Assembly (NCBI GenBank): GCA_964016885.1
Contig: OZ024741.1
Span: 39,060,001-39,124,000 of the forward strand
DNA length: 64,000 bases
Reading direction: 5' to 3'
Source: Eledone cirrhosa
Lineage: Eukaryota
The notes under the pieces were generated by a model. The model worked only from the letters and a program-made list of their open reading frames with translations, was not told where the DNA came from and made no database searches. Position 1 is the stretch's first letter, and every line of letters begins with the position of its first letter. The position numbers and the translations under genes were made by a program. This document shows, piece after piece, positions 48,046 through 62,485 of the stretch.

Positions 48046-48079
48046 ATACATACATACACACATACATACATACAAACAT

Positions 48080-48600
48080 GATGGCTGTCCCCTTGTTATC
48101 GAGTATGGCCATTGCACGATATACCATTAATAATAATTATCAATTAATTCTATCGTGCAATGCCTGTGCGTGAAGATATTTTTTAAAGTGAGGAAAGACT
48201 GTGCACTGAGCCAATCCCACTCGTTGAGCGACAGTAGCTATAACCCGATCAACATCATCGGTAACTACTGATCCGCAGGTTTTATATCGGAGTTATCCCA
48301 GTTTCCTGAGTTGCCTTCTCCTAGAAGAATGCCCTGACAAAGGCTAGGGGTACTTCACTCCCAGTGGTTTAACCGTGCGGTACATGTATATATACATATT
48401 TACACACTTTTGGATGGCCGTTGTCTCTTATGAGTTCTTCCGCCCTTTGTCAGGTTTTGTTTTTTGTCCTGCAGGGTGTCCAAAATCACCCTCCTCACCA
48501 AGTAAACTTGGTGGGGTTGCCGGTTTAGTCGCCGACGACCCGACCATGCGACATGTTGTACTGGGTTACATGTTACCAGTAGCACTCAAAAGTGACCCGA
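48080..48600. repeat. Unclassified interspersed repeat bounded by (TACA)n (copies 29825-30235, 41295-41790, 41912-42205)
   Basis: Shared block gcagggtgtccaaa.tcacc.tcctcaccaag...ctgggttacatgttaccagtagcac...gtgacc. Confidence 0.7.
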
Positions 48601-50121
48601 TATACATACATACATACATACATATATACATGCATACATACATACATACACAGACACACACAGACACACACACAAACACAGATATAGTTAATAAATGAAA
48701 CGAACAAAACACAGGAGGTAATTTTTGCACAGATATATTAGGTTCACGAAGAGGAAGTGGAGGTGGTATTGTGTGTGTGTGAGTGTGTATGTGTATGTAT
48801 GTGTGTGTGTGTGTGTGTGTATGTGTGTATAAATGATTTTATAATGACCTGTGTAGACTTGTATATAACCTTTGACCTAGTTTGTGTATATATCGAGAAA
48901 TAGCCGTCAAAACGGCTTGAGCTCTGCCGTCGGAGTCATACTTTTTCCTATATATATATAGACACACACACACACATACATATATATATACAATACATAT
49001 ATATACATATATATATATATATACATATATATGTGTGTGTGTGTGTGTATATAGTGTGTGTGTGTGCGTATATATGTGCGCGCGCGTGTACGCCTGTATG
49101 TGTGTATGTGAATGCGTGTATGTGTGTATGTATATGTACGTGTATGCGTGTATGAGTGTGGAGAATGTGTGCGCGCGTGTGAGCCTGTATGTATGTATGT
49201 GAATGTATGTGTATTTGCGTATGTGAGTGTGTACGCCTCTATGTGTATATGTGCATGTGTGTATGTGTTTTTGTGTGTATGTATATGTACATGTATGTGC
49301 CTGTGCGTGCAGAGGATATGTGTGTGTGCGCGTGGTAACCTGTAGGTGTATGTGTGCATGTATATATACGTGTATGTGTGTGGGGGAGGGACAGGGCATG
49401 TGTGTGTGTGTGTTTGTTCGTTAGTATGCGACATTCCATTCTGTCGCTAATGAAAATTCCTCGCCTTTTCCTTCAACTGACTATTGTATCCCTTTAATAA
49501 ATCATGGGCAGTAATTTCGAAAGAATATACTTTTTCTATCGGAGTTATCTTCACTTAGACCATAAAAATATATCCGCACGTCACCAATTAACCATGGGAG
49601 ATAACTGCAGTTTTCCTTGATTTGCTTTTATAAAAGAATATATATGCTACCACCTCTCACAAAATATTATCTAAAGACGCAATTATTATAATTATGAACG
49701 AAATAGCTGTACTTGCTCACTCAAGCAGCTAAGAATATTAGCTAAATCTTCCCAAATTGCTCAAAACCGTCCTACAAATGGAACGACACATTGGAAAATA
49801 TATATCTGGAAAAAAAATAAGAATCGGGAGATCACGTTTATAATCGTCATCAATGAAAATGCTCAGCAAGAAGCCAATCAATAACTTCTACTTTGTTACC
49901 CCTACTTTATATTGTGTCAGGTAAAATTCAACTCTTTCCCCACCATCTCTGTTATTTCCTTGCTGTGTTTGTGATTACAGAGGTTCCAATGGAATATCAA
50001 CCACATCTCCTTCACAGGTTTGGGAGGAATTGCTAACATAATGATCGTCACCGTTCTTCTAATGACGACGTAATGATACAGACAGAAATCTTTATACAGC
50101 AAATTTCTATTAAATAAAATA

Positions 50122-51020
50122 ATACTAGTAGTAAAGCCCGGCGTTGCTCGGGGCTGCTCAGTAGCTGTGTTAAAGTTACAATGTTAAGTTCCTTTCTTGG
50201 CTTAAAAACTGTAGAGTCTACAGTGTAGACTTTCATGTGGTACTTTTGATTAATATTCCCTCAACCAACAGTATGCCTTATGAAGTTAAGAAAACATAGC
50301 CATAACCCGAATGTTAAAACAAAAGAGGATGCTGGGGATAAAAACTGCACTGGTAATCTATTAAGAAAAATCGAAAATGTAAACACTGCAACACTTTTCT
50401 CAGAGAAAAACATCAGCGTAACCAAACTATCAGTTATTTTGAAACAAAAAAATTGGATGGACATAAAAAAAAATTTAAAAAATACGTTATCTGTCTGTCG
50501 TTTAAAATCATTGCTTCTAAATGAAAATCTCATAAGGTTTTATTCGAGATGAATGCTTTTTTTACAAAATATTTGCTTGCTTTATGGTGTCTTCAAATAG
50601 GTTTGTTTTCAAGTAAAACTATTGTTTTAAAAGACTTTTTAATGGAAATTAAGCAAAATGGAAGCTTAATGTTGAAATTTCAAACTCATGAATTTTGCAG
50701 GTTAAAATTTTGCTGGCCCGAAAGTTGTTTGTGTATTTTTGTACCTTTGTCTGCGTCGTTTATACGTAACAGAAGTAGATAAGCAAATGACGCCATAAAA
50801 CTCGTCTCTCGTCTCTATTTATACATTTGAACTGAAAAATCAATACATTACAAATTCGTTTTTTGCACTTGGCGTGGGTCGATTTGAACATTTTTTTGAC
50901 CGATGTCTCCGCCGGAACTTCATCTGTAACTGTAGCAATTTCACCGAAATTTGAACGTACGATTTAGGAGGAGATGTGTGCCGACCGTTTTAGTAGACAG
51001 ACAGACAGACATACAGATTT
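50122..51020 (+). mobile_element. Helitron/Helentron-like non-autonomous element
   Basis: actagtagtaaagcccggcgttgctcggg start hairpin and distal (GACA)n, as in DINE/HINE-type repeats. Confidence 0.45.
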
Positions 51021-51717
51021 GCAATAAACAAAAATGAAAGAAAGAACTAAATAACGAAAGCAAGAGGAGTGGGAGAGTGAACGAAGACCCTACACCAGAG
51101 GTAGCGCCTACTCTGAGTACCTCTGCTTTACACCTAAGTCTCGGCAGTATATCTCAGCTGCGGAAAAATTAAAGAAGACATTGCTCCGGAGAACCTCTAG
51201 TAACACCCGTTAGATCAGCCCCTCCCTGTCATCGGGCTCGTTCCTCTCACGGGATGCACTTCTCCCAATTTTGCAAAGAAAAATAAAAATTCGTGGACTG
51301 AAAACACAACAGGTCTCGGCATACATATGTATACGGGCGTGATTATGAGTTTCGCATGGTCATTACTTGACCTCCCACAAAGCGGTGTGTTGTACATTAG
51401 CCTCGGGTTTACCAAAGTATTCTGAGAGTAATTTACATAGCTAAGTGGAATACTCCTCGACTTATACGTTAATATACATTAGACGTCCAGTTGAACGAAC
51501 AAGGTGAATGTTTGTCGTTGAAACCGGTGGGGATAGGGAGGGGGGTTAAACAATAACAAGAGCATCATCCTCTTCATCGTCGTCATCGTCTTTATCATCC
51601 CCATCATCATCATCATCATCATCAACATCATCATCACCATCGTCGCCGTCGTAACTGTCGTTTTCCAATTCTCAATAGAAATCTCATAAAATTCATATTC
51701 TTTTGATACCTCCCTGC

Positions 51718-51848
<131 letters not shown>

Positions 51849-52265
51849 TAAATATGATAATAATGGAGCTGCGGCGCTGCAAATGGGTTACATATGAAAA
51901 AGTTTGTCCTCATCAGTGGCCTTCCAACCGTCGTAGGCATTTCGTCGCATTAAAGGCCAAATACCTCAGGTTGGTGCGAGCAACGGCTAAAAAAAGTCGT
52001 TGGGACACGTAAATAAAGGGGACGCTAGGGTAAACAAACAAAATGGTTTAAACAACAGAAAGTGAAGAAGAAGAAAGAAACAAGTCCCAGATTTCTATGA
52101 ATATAAATTCGGTGGAATCGTGAACGAGAGAATAAAGACCATCAAACCTGGTTGAAATGTGAGCAAGGAAGGAATTTCGCACAGGTCTAACGGGAGGAAG
52201 AAGGGGTCTGGTCTGCGAATTCGGTAAACATAAGTTCTGTGAAGTCGCAGACGAGAGAGAGAGAG

Positions 52266-52299
<34 letters not shown>

Positions 52300-52339
52300 T
52301 TAAAATTGGTTCTTCAACACTCATATATTTATATATATA

Positions 52340-54560
52340 TATAATTCAAGAAAGAAGAGTAACATGGTTTGCTATACAATAAGGGCTTTATTCACATTGC
52401 TGACAATTGTTTCTCTGAACTGGTAGGTCTAGAGATCGCTACCCGCCTGTTTTTGCGTCAATCGATCACCAATACTTTGTTATAACCAGTCAATTCATCA
52501 GAGCATGCGAGAATGAAGGGAATACACAGGCATGACTTCTATATATAGTAGTGGCATTAAATCAGAACAATAATAACAATACTAATAATACCAGCATTCC
52601 TCGAATAAATTAGCTAGACCGTAAATAGTTAAAATAATCACAACATCAATCTAAGTAAGACATAGAGTATACTGATGACTTTAGCATGTAAAACGAGCTG
52701 ATACGAAGCAGATGTATGAAATTGACATGTAAAAGCTGTCATGGGGTGTATTATATATAGTGTAGAGATAACCTGGGGCTTGAAACAATGTACCATTTAC
52801 TTTACTGTAGGTTTATCTGACAGATAAAATATTTTCATTGTAGTGAGGATGGTAATTTTTATGTGGTGTAAAGTGGATTCACTATTTAAGTGGTCTATAT
52901 TCGAATCATGGGGTTGTTTAGCTTTCACAGCATCAATAACAAATCATGCATGGATAAGACAACAACAATAATAATAACAGCAATATAGTAGGTAAGTTAA
53001 TACAGAGGTTAAGGAAGCAAGGTATATATAGAGAGAACATGATGACTATAATTACGGATACATTGGGGTGTTCATTATAACAACAGGGGGAAGGTGATAT
53101 TTCAAGGACTGTGATAGTAGTCAAATAATGTACTTGGAATTAAGTTCGTCTGTTGAGAATCAAGAGTGAGGAGGTTGTGTTGACAGCAGCCGAGAAGAGA
53201 TATATTTATGGGTTGATAAGATATTTTCAGACATTACTGTGGTATAGAATTGAGGAGGCTAGAAGCTGCTTAAAGAATATTATAGTTCTGTGGTGGTCTG
53301 TGTGAGAGTGCGGATTTCATATGTTGAATGCTAAGTTATGTTAGTTCGAATCACGGTGGCTTAAATCTTGTGAATTTAGTAGTGATCCTGTGTCTGCAGA
53401 AAATTGACCTTTCTATCTTGTTGTTGAGTAGCCTTTTATCGTTCCTAAGGATATATAGTAATTCAAGGTCGCAGAGCCTACAATAGGACATACCGGTACT
53501 ATATGCCCTTGCGGCCGACAGCCTCGACCAGTTGATATTGTAGTCGATGTTTTTGTCCTTAAGTTCCCAGAGTTTTTTGGCGAGGGTTGTAGAACCTATT
53601 AGTCCACGGTTCTTCATCGAATGTCTGTGCACATACCATCTTTTTTAAAAGTACCCGCGGTGGATCCAATGTAATGCCAAGTGGAGTTGCCCGAGTTCAC
53701 CGTACACATGTACACTAGGCTCGAATCAAGGGACCTGTTCACCAATGGGCACCTATCTGGTAGGTGACAATTGCAGTTTGAGGTGTTATTCTGTGCAGCT
53801 TCCACACTGCTGTTTTGTACACTGCTATAAGTGGGTTGTGATTCGTGCCCGTTGAGGTTTTGTTGCGGCGCGCTCGTATGCGTTGCGGTTGTGAAACTGT
53901 GATGTTTATGTTTAGAATTTGGTTCTATGTTGCGCATAGGTGGGGCACATTCCCTAGAGGTATTTCTGTGCGTATGTGGGATTCTATATTTGCAGCTGTA
54001 GGGTATGAGAGTTTTATAGTTTTTCTATTGAGGATTTTATGATATCTATGTGATATAGGGAAGTGTTTATCTATTAGTTTAAAAAACGTAGAAGGCAGTT
54101 TTTACAGAGGAGTTGAAGATTGGATTAAACCCCAGGTATTTTCTTTCTCTAATTCTTCTATAGTTTCTAGGGTTTACATTATTCGTGTTTGGACCAACTA
54201 CTCTAGGTGCTATTTGCCTACTTCTATGTCTAGTCCTGTTACCTCTATTTTTGTGTGAGCGGTTGGTGTCAGTGTTAGTGGGTTTGTTTGAGTTGTCCTT
54301 ATCCGTTATAAATTACAGCTTTTCTTTGTGTCCGGCCCTATGTAATGCCGCGTTATAATAGTCAGCATGCTCATTAAAAATTTCTAGGTTTGAGGATAAG
54401 CGGGATATTCTAAAGGATATACTACGTGCTATGGATCTGATTATGGATCGGGGGTGGTTTGAATTATAACTAATGTAGGCCAGATTCTCATTATTTTTGT
54501 GGAAGGGTTCTTTTAAGCCCGTATTTAGATTTAGAGTTACATCTAGAAAGTTTGCCTTTT
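52340..54560 (-). mobile_element. Decayed 5'-truncated Penelope-like element (Naiad-like)
   Basis: Begins at [10 protein letters not shown] (~54550); CNCHLPDRCPL..LVYMCTV..YIGST..FKK; TTLAKKLWELKD..INWS..CRLCDLELLYIL. Confidence 0.88.
52398..52505 (-). ncRNA. Type-I hammerhead ribozyme with canonical core
   Basis: TGCT-CTGATGA-attgACTGG...CCAGTtcaga-GAAAC-AATT-GTC-AGCA; GUC triplet, palindromic stem III, long loop II. Confidence 0.8.
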
Positions 54561-54573
54561 TATGATTCAGTTC

Positions 54574-54656
<83 letters not shown>

Positions 54657-54711
54657 TTGGTCTTCAACACTCTCATATATTTATGTATAAATATATATAT
54701 ATATATATATT

Positions 54712-55550
54712 TACTATATTATATTTTGAGATTAAACTCTCAGTCGTTTACAATTAATCAGCTCCAAGAAAGAGGCATTTCCGAGCAGTTAAATACATGT
54801 TATACATTAATATATATGATAAACACAAAACGTGTTTGCATTGTAACAGACAAAGTTAGCTATCAATGAAATAAACTAATTAAAGTGAATACAATTTGTC
54901 TGTCTCGATATAAGTTAATAAAGACAAGCTTATATTGGCAAAAGCCGTGATTCCTGGACAAATCTAAATTTCAAAATCCAAAATTTGAACTTCGAAACCT
55001 AAATATGTTTCGCAACGATGGTACATGAATTGATTAATTGTAAACGACTGAGTGTTTAATCTCAAAATATAATATAGTATATTGCTCCTTAACTGTAGAG
55101 CTGATCTTTAATCCCGTATAAGCGGCTGTTATTTCTAGCACCGGGAATGCGGGACGGCTAGTTTGGCTGGCTACACACACGTGTAGTCAGACCTTCAAAA
55201 TTTTTGATGGTGGAATGTACTAATTTTACTGGATTCCTGTTGATAAGCACAGAAGATTTGGATATTTCACTTTTTATTTCAATTCCATTTCGATTCTCTT
55301 TATTTTTCAATTCATGTACCATCGTTGCGAAACATATTTGGGTTTCGAAGTTCAAATTCATCTACGGAGCGGGTTTGGATTTCGAAATTTAAATTTGTCC
55401 AGGAATCACGGCTTTTGCCAATATAAGCTTGTCTTTATTGACTTATATCGAGACAGACAAATTGTATTCACTTTAATTAGTTTATTTCATTGATAGCTAA
55501 CTTTGTCTGTTACAATGCAAACACGTTTTGTGTTTATCATATATATATAT
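54712..55550. mobile_element. Fold-back element related to 7902-8680, circularly permuted arms
   Basis: 54712-54760 inverts 55032-55080; 54810-55030 inverts 55310-55550. Confidence 0.75.
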
Positions 55551-56152
55551 ATATTTATACATTTATCCATCTACCTATCTCTCCCCCCTCTCTCTCTCTC
55601 ACTCACACATTCCAAACACTTACATTTTCGCGCACACGCAACCATACATTCCCACGTATCCACACCGCACAAAATACACACACACGTGCGTATCCTCACA
55701 TACACATACTCTGCCTCCGGACTCCGCACGCCCTCTCGCCCCACCCCCTCCGGTCGCTCTCCATCCACACGCTCACACACTGAACCTCGTTCTTCCCCCA
55801 AACTCTCACACTCACATCTACACACACCACCTTCCGCCCTCCCCGCTCGGATGCCCTGTTTCCTTCTCTCCCTCCATCCACCCACCACCACCTCTTCACG
55901 CCTCACACCCTTTCACCACTTGTTTTCATTTAAAAAATTTTTTCCCTCATTTTAATTTTTTTCCTTCCTTTTAATGTTTTCCTCCTTTTTAATGTCTTTC
56001 CACCACTGCCCCTCACACCCTCGGAACACCTTTCCTTCCCACCTTTCTCCCGATGAAGGGCTTATGCCCTAAACGTCGCCCCCACCCGCCACTCTCAAGC
56101 GTGAACCTAATACTTTGTACTGCACTCTTTATTATTGTTTTTGTTTTTTACT

Positions 56153-56179
<27 letters not shown>

Positions 56180-56184
<5 letters not shown>

Positions 56185-56400
56185 AGGCGTGTGGCTGAGT
56201 GGTTAGAGAATTGTATTCGCAATCGTAAGGTTGTGAGTTCGATTCCTGGACCAGGCGATGCGTTATGTCCTTGAGCAAGACACTTTATTTCACGTTGCTC
56301 CTTCTACCTGGAGTTGCGACCGATAGATAGTATTAGCAATTGGAAAGACCAACGGAAACATTGTTCCCTCGGTCCGATTTGACAAAAAAGTCGATCGTTC
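56180..56400 (+). mobile_element. tRNA-headed CORE-like SINE
   Basis: tggctgagtggttag (A box), gagttcgattcc (B box), tgtccttgagcaagacactt core. Confidence 0.75.
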
Positions 56401-56426
56401 CTATATATATCTATATATATATATAT

Positions 56427-56523
56427 TCAGTAGTCCTGTGGTGAGTAGCTGGTGTAATATATATCTATATATATATATATATATACAGTAGTCCTGTAGT
56501 GAGTAACTGGTGTAACTATGCAT

Positions 56524-56558
<35 letters not shown>

Positions 56559-56680
56559 ATATATATATATACAGTAGTCCTGTAGTGAGTAACTGGTGTA
56601 ACTATGCATGGTATATATATATATATATATATATATACAGTAGTCCTGTAGTGAGTAACTGGTGTAACTATCCATGGTAC
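56427..56680. repeat. Tandem repeat cagtagtcctgtagtgagtaactggtgtaactatgcatgg(ta)n x4
   Basis: Constant unit separated by (TA)n. Confidence 0.85.
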
Positions 56681-56754
56681 GGGAGCCTAGGTTTTGGAGG
56701 CAAGGTTTCAATCATTGCTAGTAATCTATATTAAAATTAAAATATATATATATA

Positions 56755-56970
56755 CTCGATCGATTTCGTCAAATCGGACCGAGGAAACAATGTTTCCGTT
56801 GGTCTTTCCAGTTGGTAATACTATCTATCGGTCGCAACTCCAGGTAGAAGGAGCAACGTGAAATAAAGTGTCTTGCTCAAGGACATACCGCATCGCCCGG
56901 TCCAGGAATCGAACTCACAACCTCCTGATTGCGAATCCAGTTCTTTAACCAATCAGCCACACGCCTTCAC
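56755..56970 (-). mobile_element. tRNA-headed CORE-like SINE, inverted partner of 56180-56400 (others at 58925-59080, 61975-62190)
   Basis: Near-identical reverse complement of 56180-56400. Confidence 0.75.
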
Positions 56971-56996
56971 ATGTATAGGTATATATATATACACGC

Positions 56997-57043
<47 letters not shown>

Positions 57044-57138
57044 CGTGTACGTGTGTGTACGTGTGTGTGTGTACGTGTGTGTGTGTGTGTGTGTGTGTGC
57101 GTGTACGTGTGTGTACGTGTGTGTACGTGTGTGTGTGT

Positions 57139-57229
<91 letters not shown>

Positions 57230-57411
57230 CGTGTGTGTGTGTGTGTGTAAAGTGAGATTAGTGAGACGAGGACAGCATAAATTGATAAATATGAGGTTAA
57301 CATGAAACAATTTAACAAAGTGTGTTGGGCGGTTCCTTGGAATCATGAAAATATATGCAGAACAGAACAGGAAATGTTCTCTATAATCCATATTCCACCT
57401 TATAATCATAT

Positions 57412-57453
<42 letters not shown>

Positions 57454-57747
57454 AGAAAATAGCAAGTACACATATATATACATAGACGGCAACATACCAC
57501 AAACTTCATGATACGCCCAAACAACAACTAGCGAATTCTCGTCTCTACCACACTAAACACGATTTATCCTTCATACATTCAGACACAACTATTTATATAT
57601 GGCCGCATGTAAAGACAAACACACATACATACGGACACAAACATATTATATTTATATATACACACACATAAGCACATTCATATACGTATACATATCTATA
57701 TACATGCACTCATCACACACTCACATACACTAACACACATAAATATA

Positions 57748-57977
<230 letters not shown>

Positions 57978-58451
57978 TGTGTGCAAATATATATATATAC
58001 CCGTACATATACGAACACAAGTATTCACACACACATAGACGCACACTTGCACCCACACTCTCTATCTCACATCACACACGAACCCACACTCATACAAATA
58101 CACACACACACACATAGACGCACACTTGCACCCACACTCTCTATCTCACATCACACATGAACCCACACTCATACAAATACACACACACACAGTTGAAAAG
58201 TTGTCGGAGTTATTAAAATGTCGGATAGAATGCTTTGTGGCACTGTTCCTGCTCGGATTACTGTGAGTTCAAGTAATGAAGGGCACATCTTTGTATTTCA
58301 TTAGTTCTGGGTCAATGAATAAAGTTCTAATCCTCAGCTATGGGTTGCTAGTGTTGTCAGAGTATTGTATGAGATATTTTGCCGAATTTCTTCGATTCTT
58401 TCCTTTCAGGGTTCAAGTTCCGCCTAGTTGTGTCAAAAGGTCCATAGATAT

Positions 58452-58640
58452 ATTCGAGGGTCGGCTGAAAAATATATAGGCGTATGATAGAGCTGTGAAA
58501 TCTTGTATGCATTAATTTCAACTCGTATTAATAATAATTGCATTCCTACTTTCCAGTGACTATGTTGAAAAATATACGTCATTCGGTTATTCCATGAGAG
58601 TATCGTGGTCAGTCTATGAACTTTTCAGCTGACCTTCTAT
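58452..58640. mobile_element. Mariner-type MITE
   Basis: TIRs gagggtcggctgaaaaatatatagg / tctatgaacttttcagctgaccttc. Confidence 0.6.
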
Positions 58641-59182
58641 GCATATTGATGTATAGATATGCATGATTCCACGGAACCACTCTCAGACCGGGTGATGCGT
58701 TGTGTCCTTGAGTAAGTTTCTATTTGCTATATGCAATGATCATCTCCAGCAAATGATCATTGATGAAAGATTAACAAATCTTGAAACAGCTCTGTATGAC
58801 ATTTTCAAAATGTAGTGGCATCGCTGAGATATATTCATAGAGGAAAATAGATAAAATCATTTTTATTCGGCAGCGAGGCTACTCGTGTATTTATTGTATT
58901 ATATGCGTTTATATATGTTTTCATAGTGAAATATCATGGCTTAGTGGTTAAGGAATTACATTCACAATCGCGAGGTCGCAAGTTCGATTCAAGGACTAGG
59001 TGATGCGTTATGTCCTTGGGCAAGACACTTTATTTCACGTTGCTCCTTCTGCCAGGAGTTTGCGACCGGTTGATAGTATCAAAATACAGTAAGCAAATGA
59101 GGCCTGGGATCTTGTCGATTGTTTCCAAAGAGAAAAAGAGAAAACATGACGTCATAAACATTCTATTGTATATACATGCATA

Positions 59183-59214
<32 letters not shown>

Positions 59215-59258
59215 CACACACACACAGAGACATACATATATATATATTATATATATAT

Positions 59259-59290
<32 letters not shown>

Positions 59291-59439
59291 CCCTTTTCCT
59301 TGTTTCTATATCAGACCACCCTAAGAATATATAAATATTACGAAGTTTCACAAATATTCGTAATGTTGTGGGAGTGGGGCTGATGGAATGGCTTTTAAAA
59401 CCAACATTAACATATCCCACAATCCTATTAACTCGATAA

Positions 59440-60286
59440 ACATTGCCACCTACGATGACAACACCGCTAATGACAACACCACCACCACTACCACCATCAA
59501 CATCATTACAAAACCACCAACAGCAGCACTAACACCACGACAACACCTCCAAAATCAACGACAACAAAAATAGCAAGAACAATACCACCAACACTCCCAA
59601 CAAACATCACCTCCCAAACCTACAGCCACACCAACACAAAGCCACTTATAACAACAATAAAAATACTAAAATACTAACAACAACAATAACATCATCAACA
59701 ACAATACTATCACCAAGAAGAACATTTCCAAAATTAATAAAGAGTAATAACAACAACAATTTCAACAACGACAATAATAGCAACAACAACATCAACATTA
59801 AAACAATAAGGATACCAACAACAACAACAACAACAACAAATATCAACAGCAACAATTACTACATGGATAACAACACCACCAAAAAACGACAATAAGAAAA
59901 CTACCAACAACAACACCCCCACTACCATCAGCATCACCGCCACCAACAGCAGCAACAACAAGAAAACCACCACCATTAACACAACCACAACTACGCCAGC
60001 CACTCCTAAACTACCAACACTTTCATAAAATATGGACGTCGCCACAGTCTCTATACCGAACCCTACCATCAAAATCCGAATGAAGATTTTATTTGTTCGG
60101 ATTTTCTTAAGAACACACTAAGAAAACGTGAAAACCTCCCGCGCCATTTTTATTATCAAATCTTCACTATCGTCTGCTCTGTGTGAATTACTCTCCATTA
60201 ACTTGCTTGACCTGAAAATAGCTTTCCATTTAAAATGGAGGAGGAGGAATGGAAAACGAATGCAAAGAAAGGTGAACATTATTTAT

Positions 60287-60371
<85 letters not shown>

Positions 60372-60652
60372 TTATATACATACATAGACAGTCATGTACA
60401 CACATGAACAAACGCGCACACATACAGTATTGATTGGAAAAAGTTAGTGAAATAATATTTGTGTATAGTAAAGAACGAATACTTGTAATAGAGAGAGGCA
60501 GAGAGAGAGGGGGAGACAGAGAGAGAGAGAGAGAGAGAGAGATGGGGGAGGGGGAGCATACGAAAAAGATAGAGATATAGAGATGCGGCGTAAGAAAGGG
60601 GGAGCAATAACGAGTGGTATATATGGATATACACATCTGAGTGTATTCATAT

Positions 60653-60720
<68 letters not shown>

Positions 60721-61195
60721 AGAGACGATTAGAATTTTATGTCGTTGCGTGAGACGAGTCTTTGTTAAGTCATCCGTATCTATTTAACCACAAAATCATA
60801 CCATATTATACAGAAGATTAGTGGTGAAGATTTGCAGGACTTTTATCAGATTTACGGGACTTCTTGTTCTTTACACACTGGAGAACGAGTGTGGGAGAGG
60901 AAGTGTAGTAGTAGTAGTAGTAGTAGAAGTGGTGGTGGTGGTGGTGGTAGTGGTGGTGGTGGTAATGGTGGTAGTAGTAGTAGTAGTAGTAGTAGGAGGA
61001 GGAGGAGGAGGAGGGGGAGGGGGAGAAGAAGAAGAAGAAGAAGAAGAGAAAGAAGAAGATGACGAAGAAGAAAGGGGAAAAAAAGAAAAAGAAAAAGAAA
61101 GAAGAAGAAGAAGAAGAAGAAGAAGAAGAAGAAACAACACCAACAACATAAGTTCCTAACAGACCCGACGACAACAACAACAACAGCCACATTAC
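59440..61195. repeat. Low-complexity and simple-repeat region (ACA/ACC, TA, GA, TAG/GGT/GGA/GAA)
   Basis: Degenerate triplet and dinucleotide runs. Confidence 0.8.
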
Positions 61196-61624
61196 ACAAC
61201 TTCAGAAATATTGGAGGAAGAACTTCGTTTTAGTATAAGCCATCACTTAATGTACAAACACAGAAAAAAGCTTTTCTCCAAAGCTGAGCACTTCTACAAT
61301 GTGCATTTGTAGAGTTAATGCTGCACCATAAGATGCATATATGTAATTATTTGTGTTTCCCGCCCATGCAATTATATTTCAACACTATATGATACTTCAT
61401 AACTAGCCGTAACTTAATGTGTCTTCATATTCCTCTAAATCCAGATTAAGACAAAATATGAGGATTTCCTTTATTTTTTTTTAATCATATGAATGTGTTG
61501 TATATATATTTCCACAAAATATAATTATACACACACACGGGCGCAAACACTCAAACACACACACACAGACACATATATATATTTATATATATATAAATTC
61601 ATATATGTGTCAATGTATATGTTT

Positions 61625-61723
<99 letters not shown>

Positions 61724-61736
61724 ATATATATATATG

Positions 61737-61828
<92 letters not shown>

Positions 61829-61853
61829 CATATAAAACATATACATTGACACA

Positions 61854-61942
<89 letters not shown>

Positions 61943-62415
61943 TAATATATAGGATGCTTGCAGTACAATAGCAATGTCATCGGTTCAATTCCTGGACAGG
62001 CTGCTGTGTTGTGATCTCGAGAAAAACACTTTATTTCACATTGATCCAGCTCACTCAGCTGAGAGTGAGTACCAGCAGTAGCTGGGAAGTTAATTCTGTG
62101 ATAGACCAGTGTCCTATCCAGGGAGAGTATTGTACTCTCAGTCGCTTAACTCCAAAATATCGGGATAAGCACCGGCCTGATGCTTATATATATAAATGGT
62201 GGGGGTTCTTCTTAAATCTGGAATGCCCAGCTAAACAAAGCTGATCGAAAGAAAGAATTCATAGTGGCAATTATTATTTCGATTTTGAAAGGGCTTTGTC
62301 CACAATTCATAGCTAACGTGTGTAGAATTCAGACAGGGAATAATTACAAATACCCTTATATATATATAATCATGTACACATATATGAGAGAGGGAGAAAG
62401 GTGAGAAAGATGAAA

Positions 62416-62485
<70 letters not shown>

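Noticed and set aside
55395-55435. AYIGKS peptide on the minus strand as a GIY-YIG motif
   Set aside because: No upstream GIY/VVY strand or downstream Arg-helix in frame, and not conserved in the related 8400-8470 copy.
56184-56260. tRNA gene (also 7000-7085 and 58935-59000)
   Set aside because: A and B boxes are present but there is no clean cloverleaf, and each is followed by a SINE body.
60818-61199. Poly-S/E/R/V ORFs as low-complexity proteins
   Set aside because: Compound trinucleotide microsatellite open in most frames; no splice or domain evidence.
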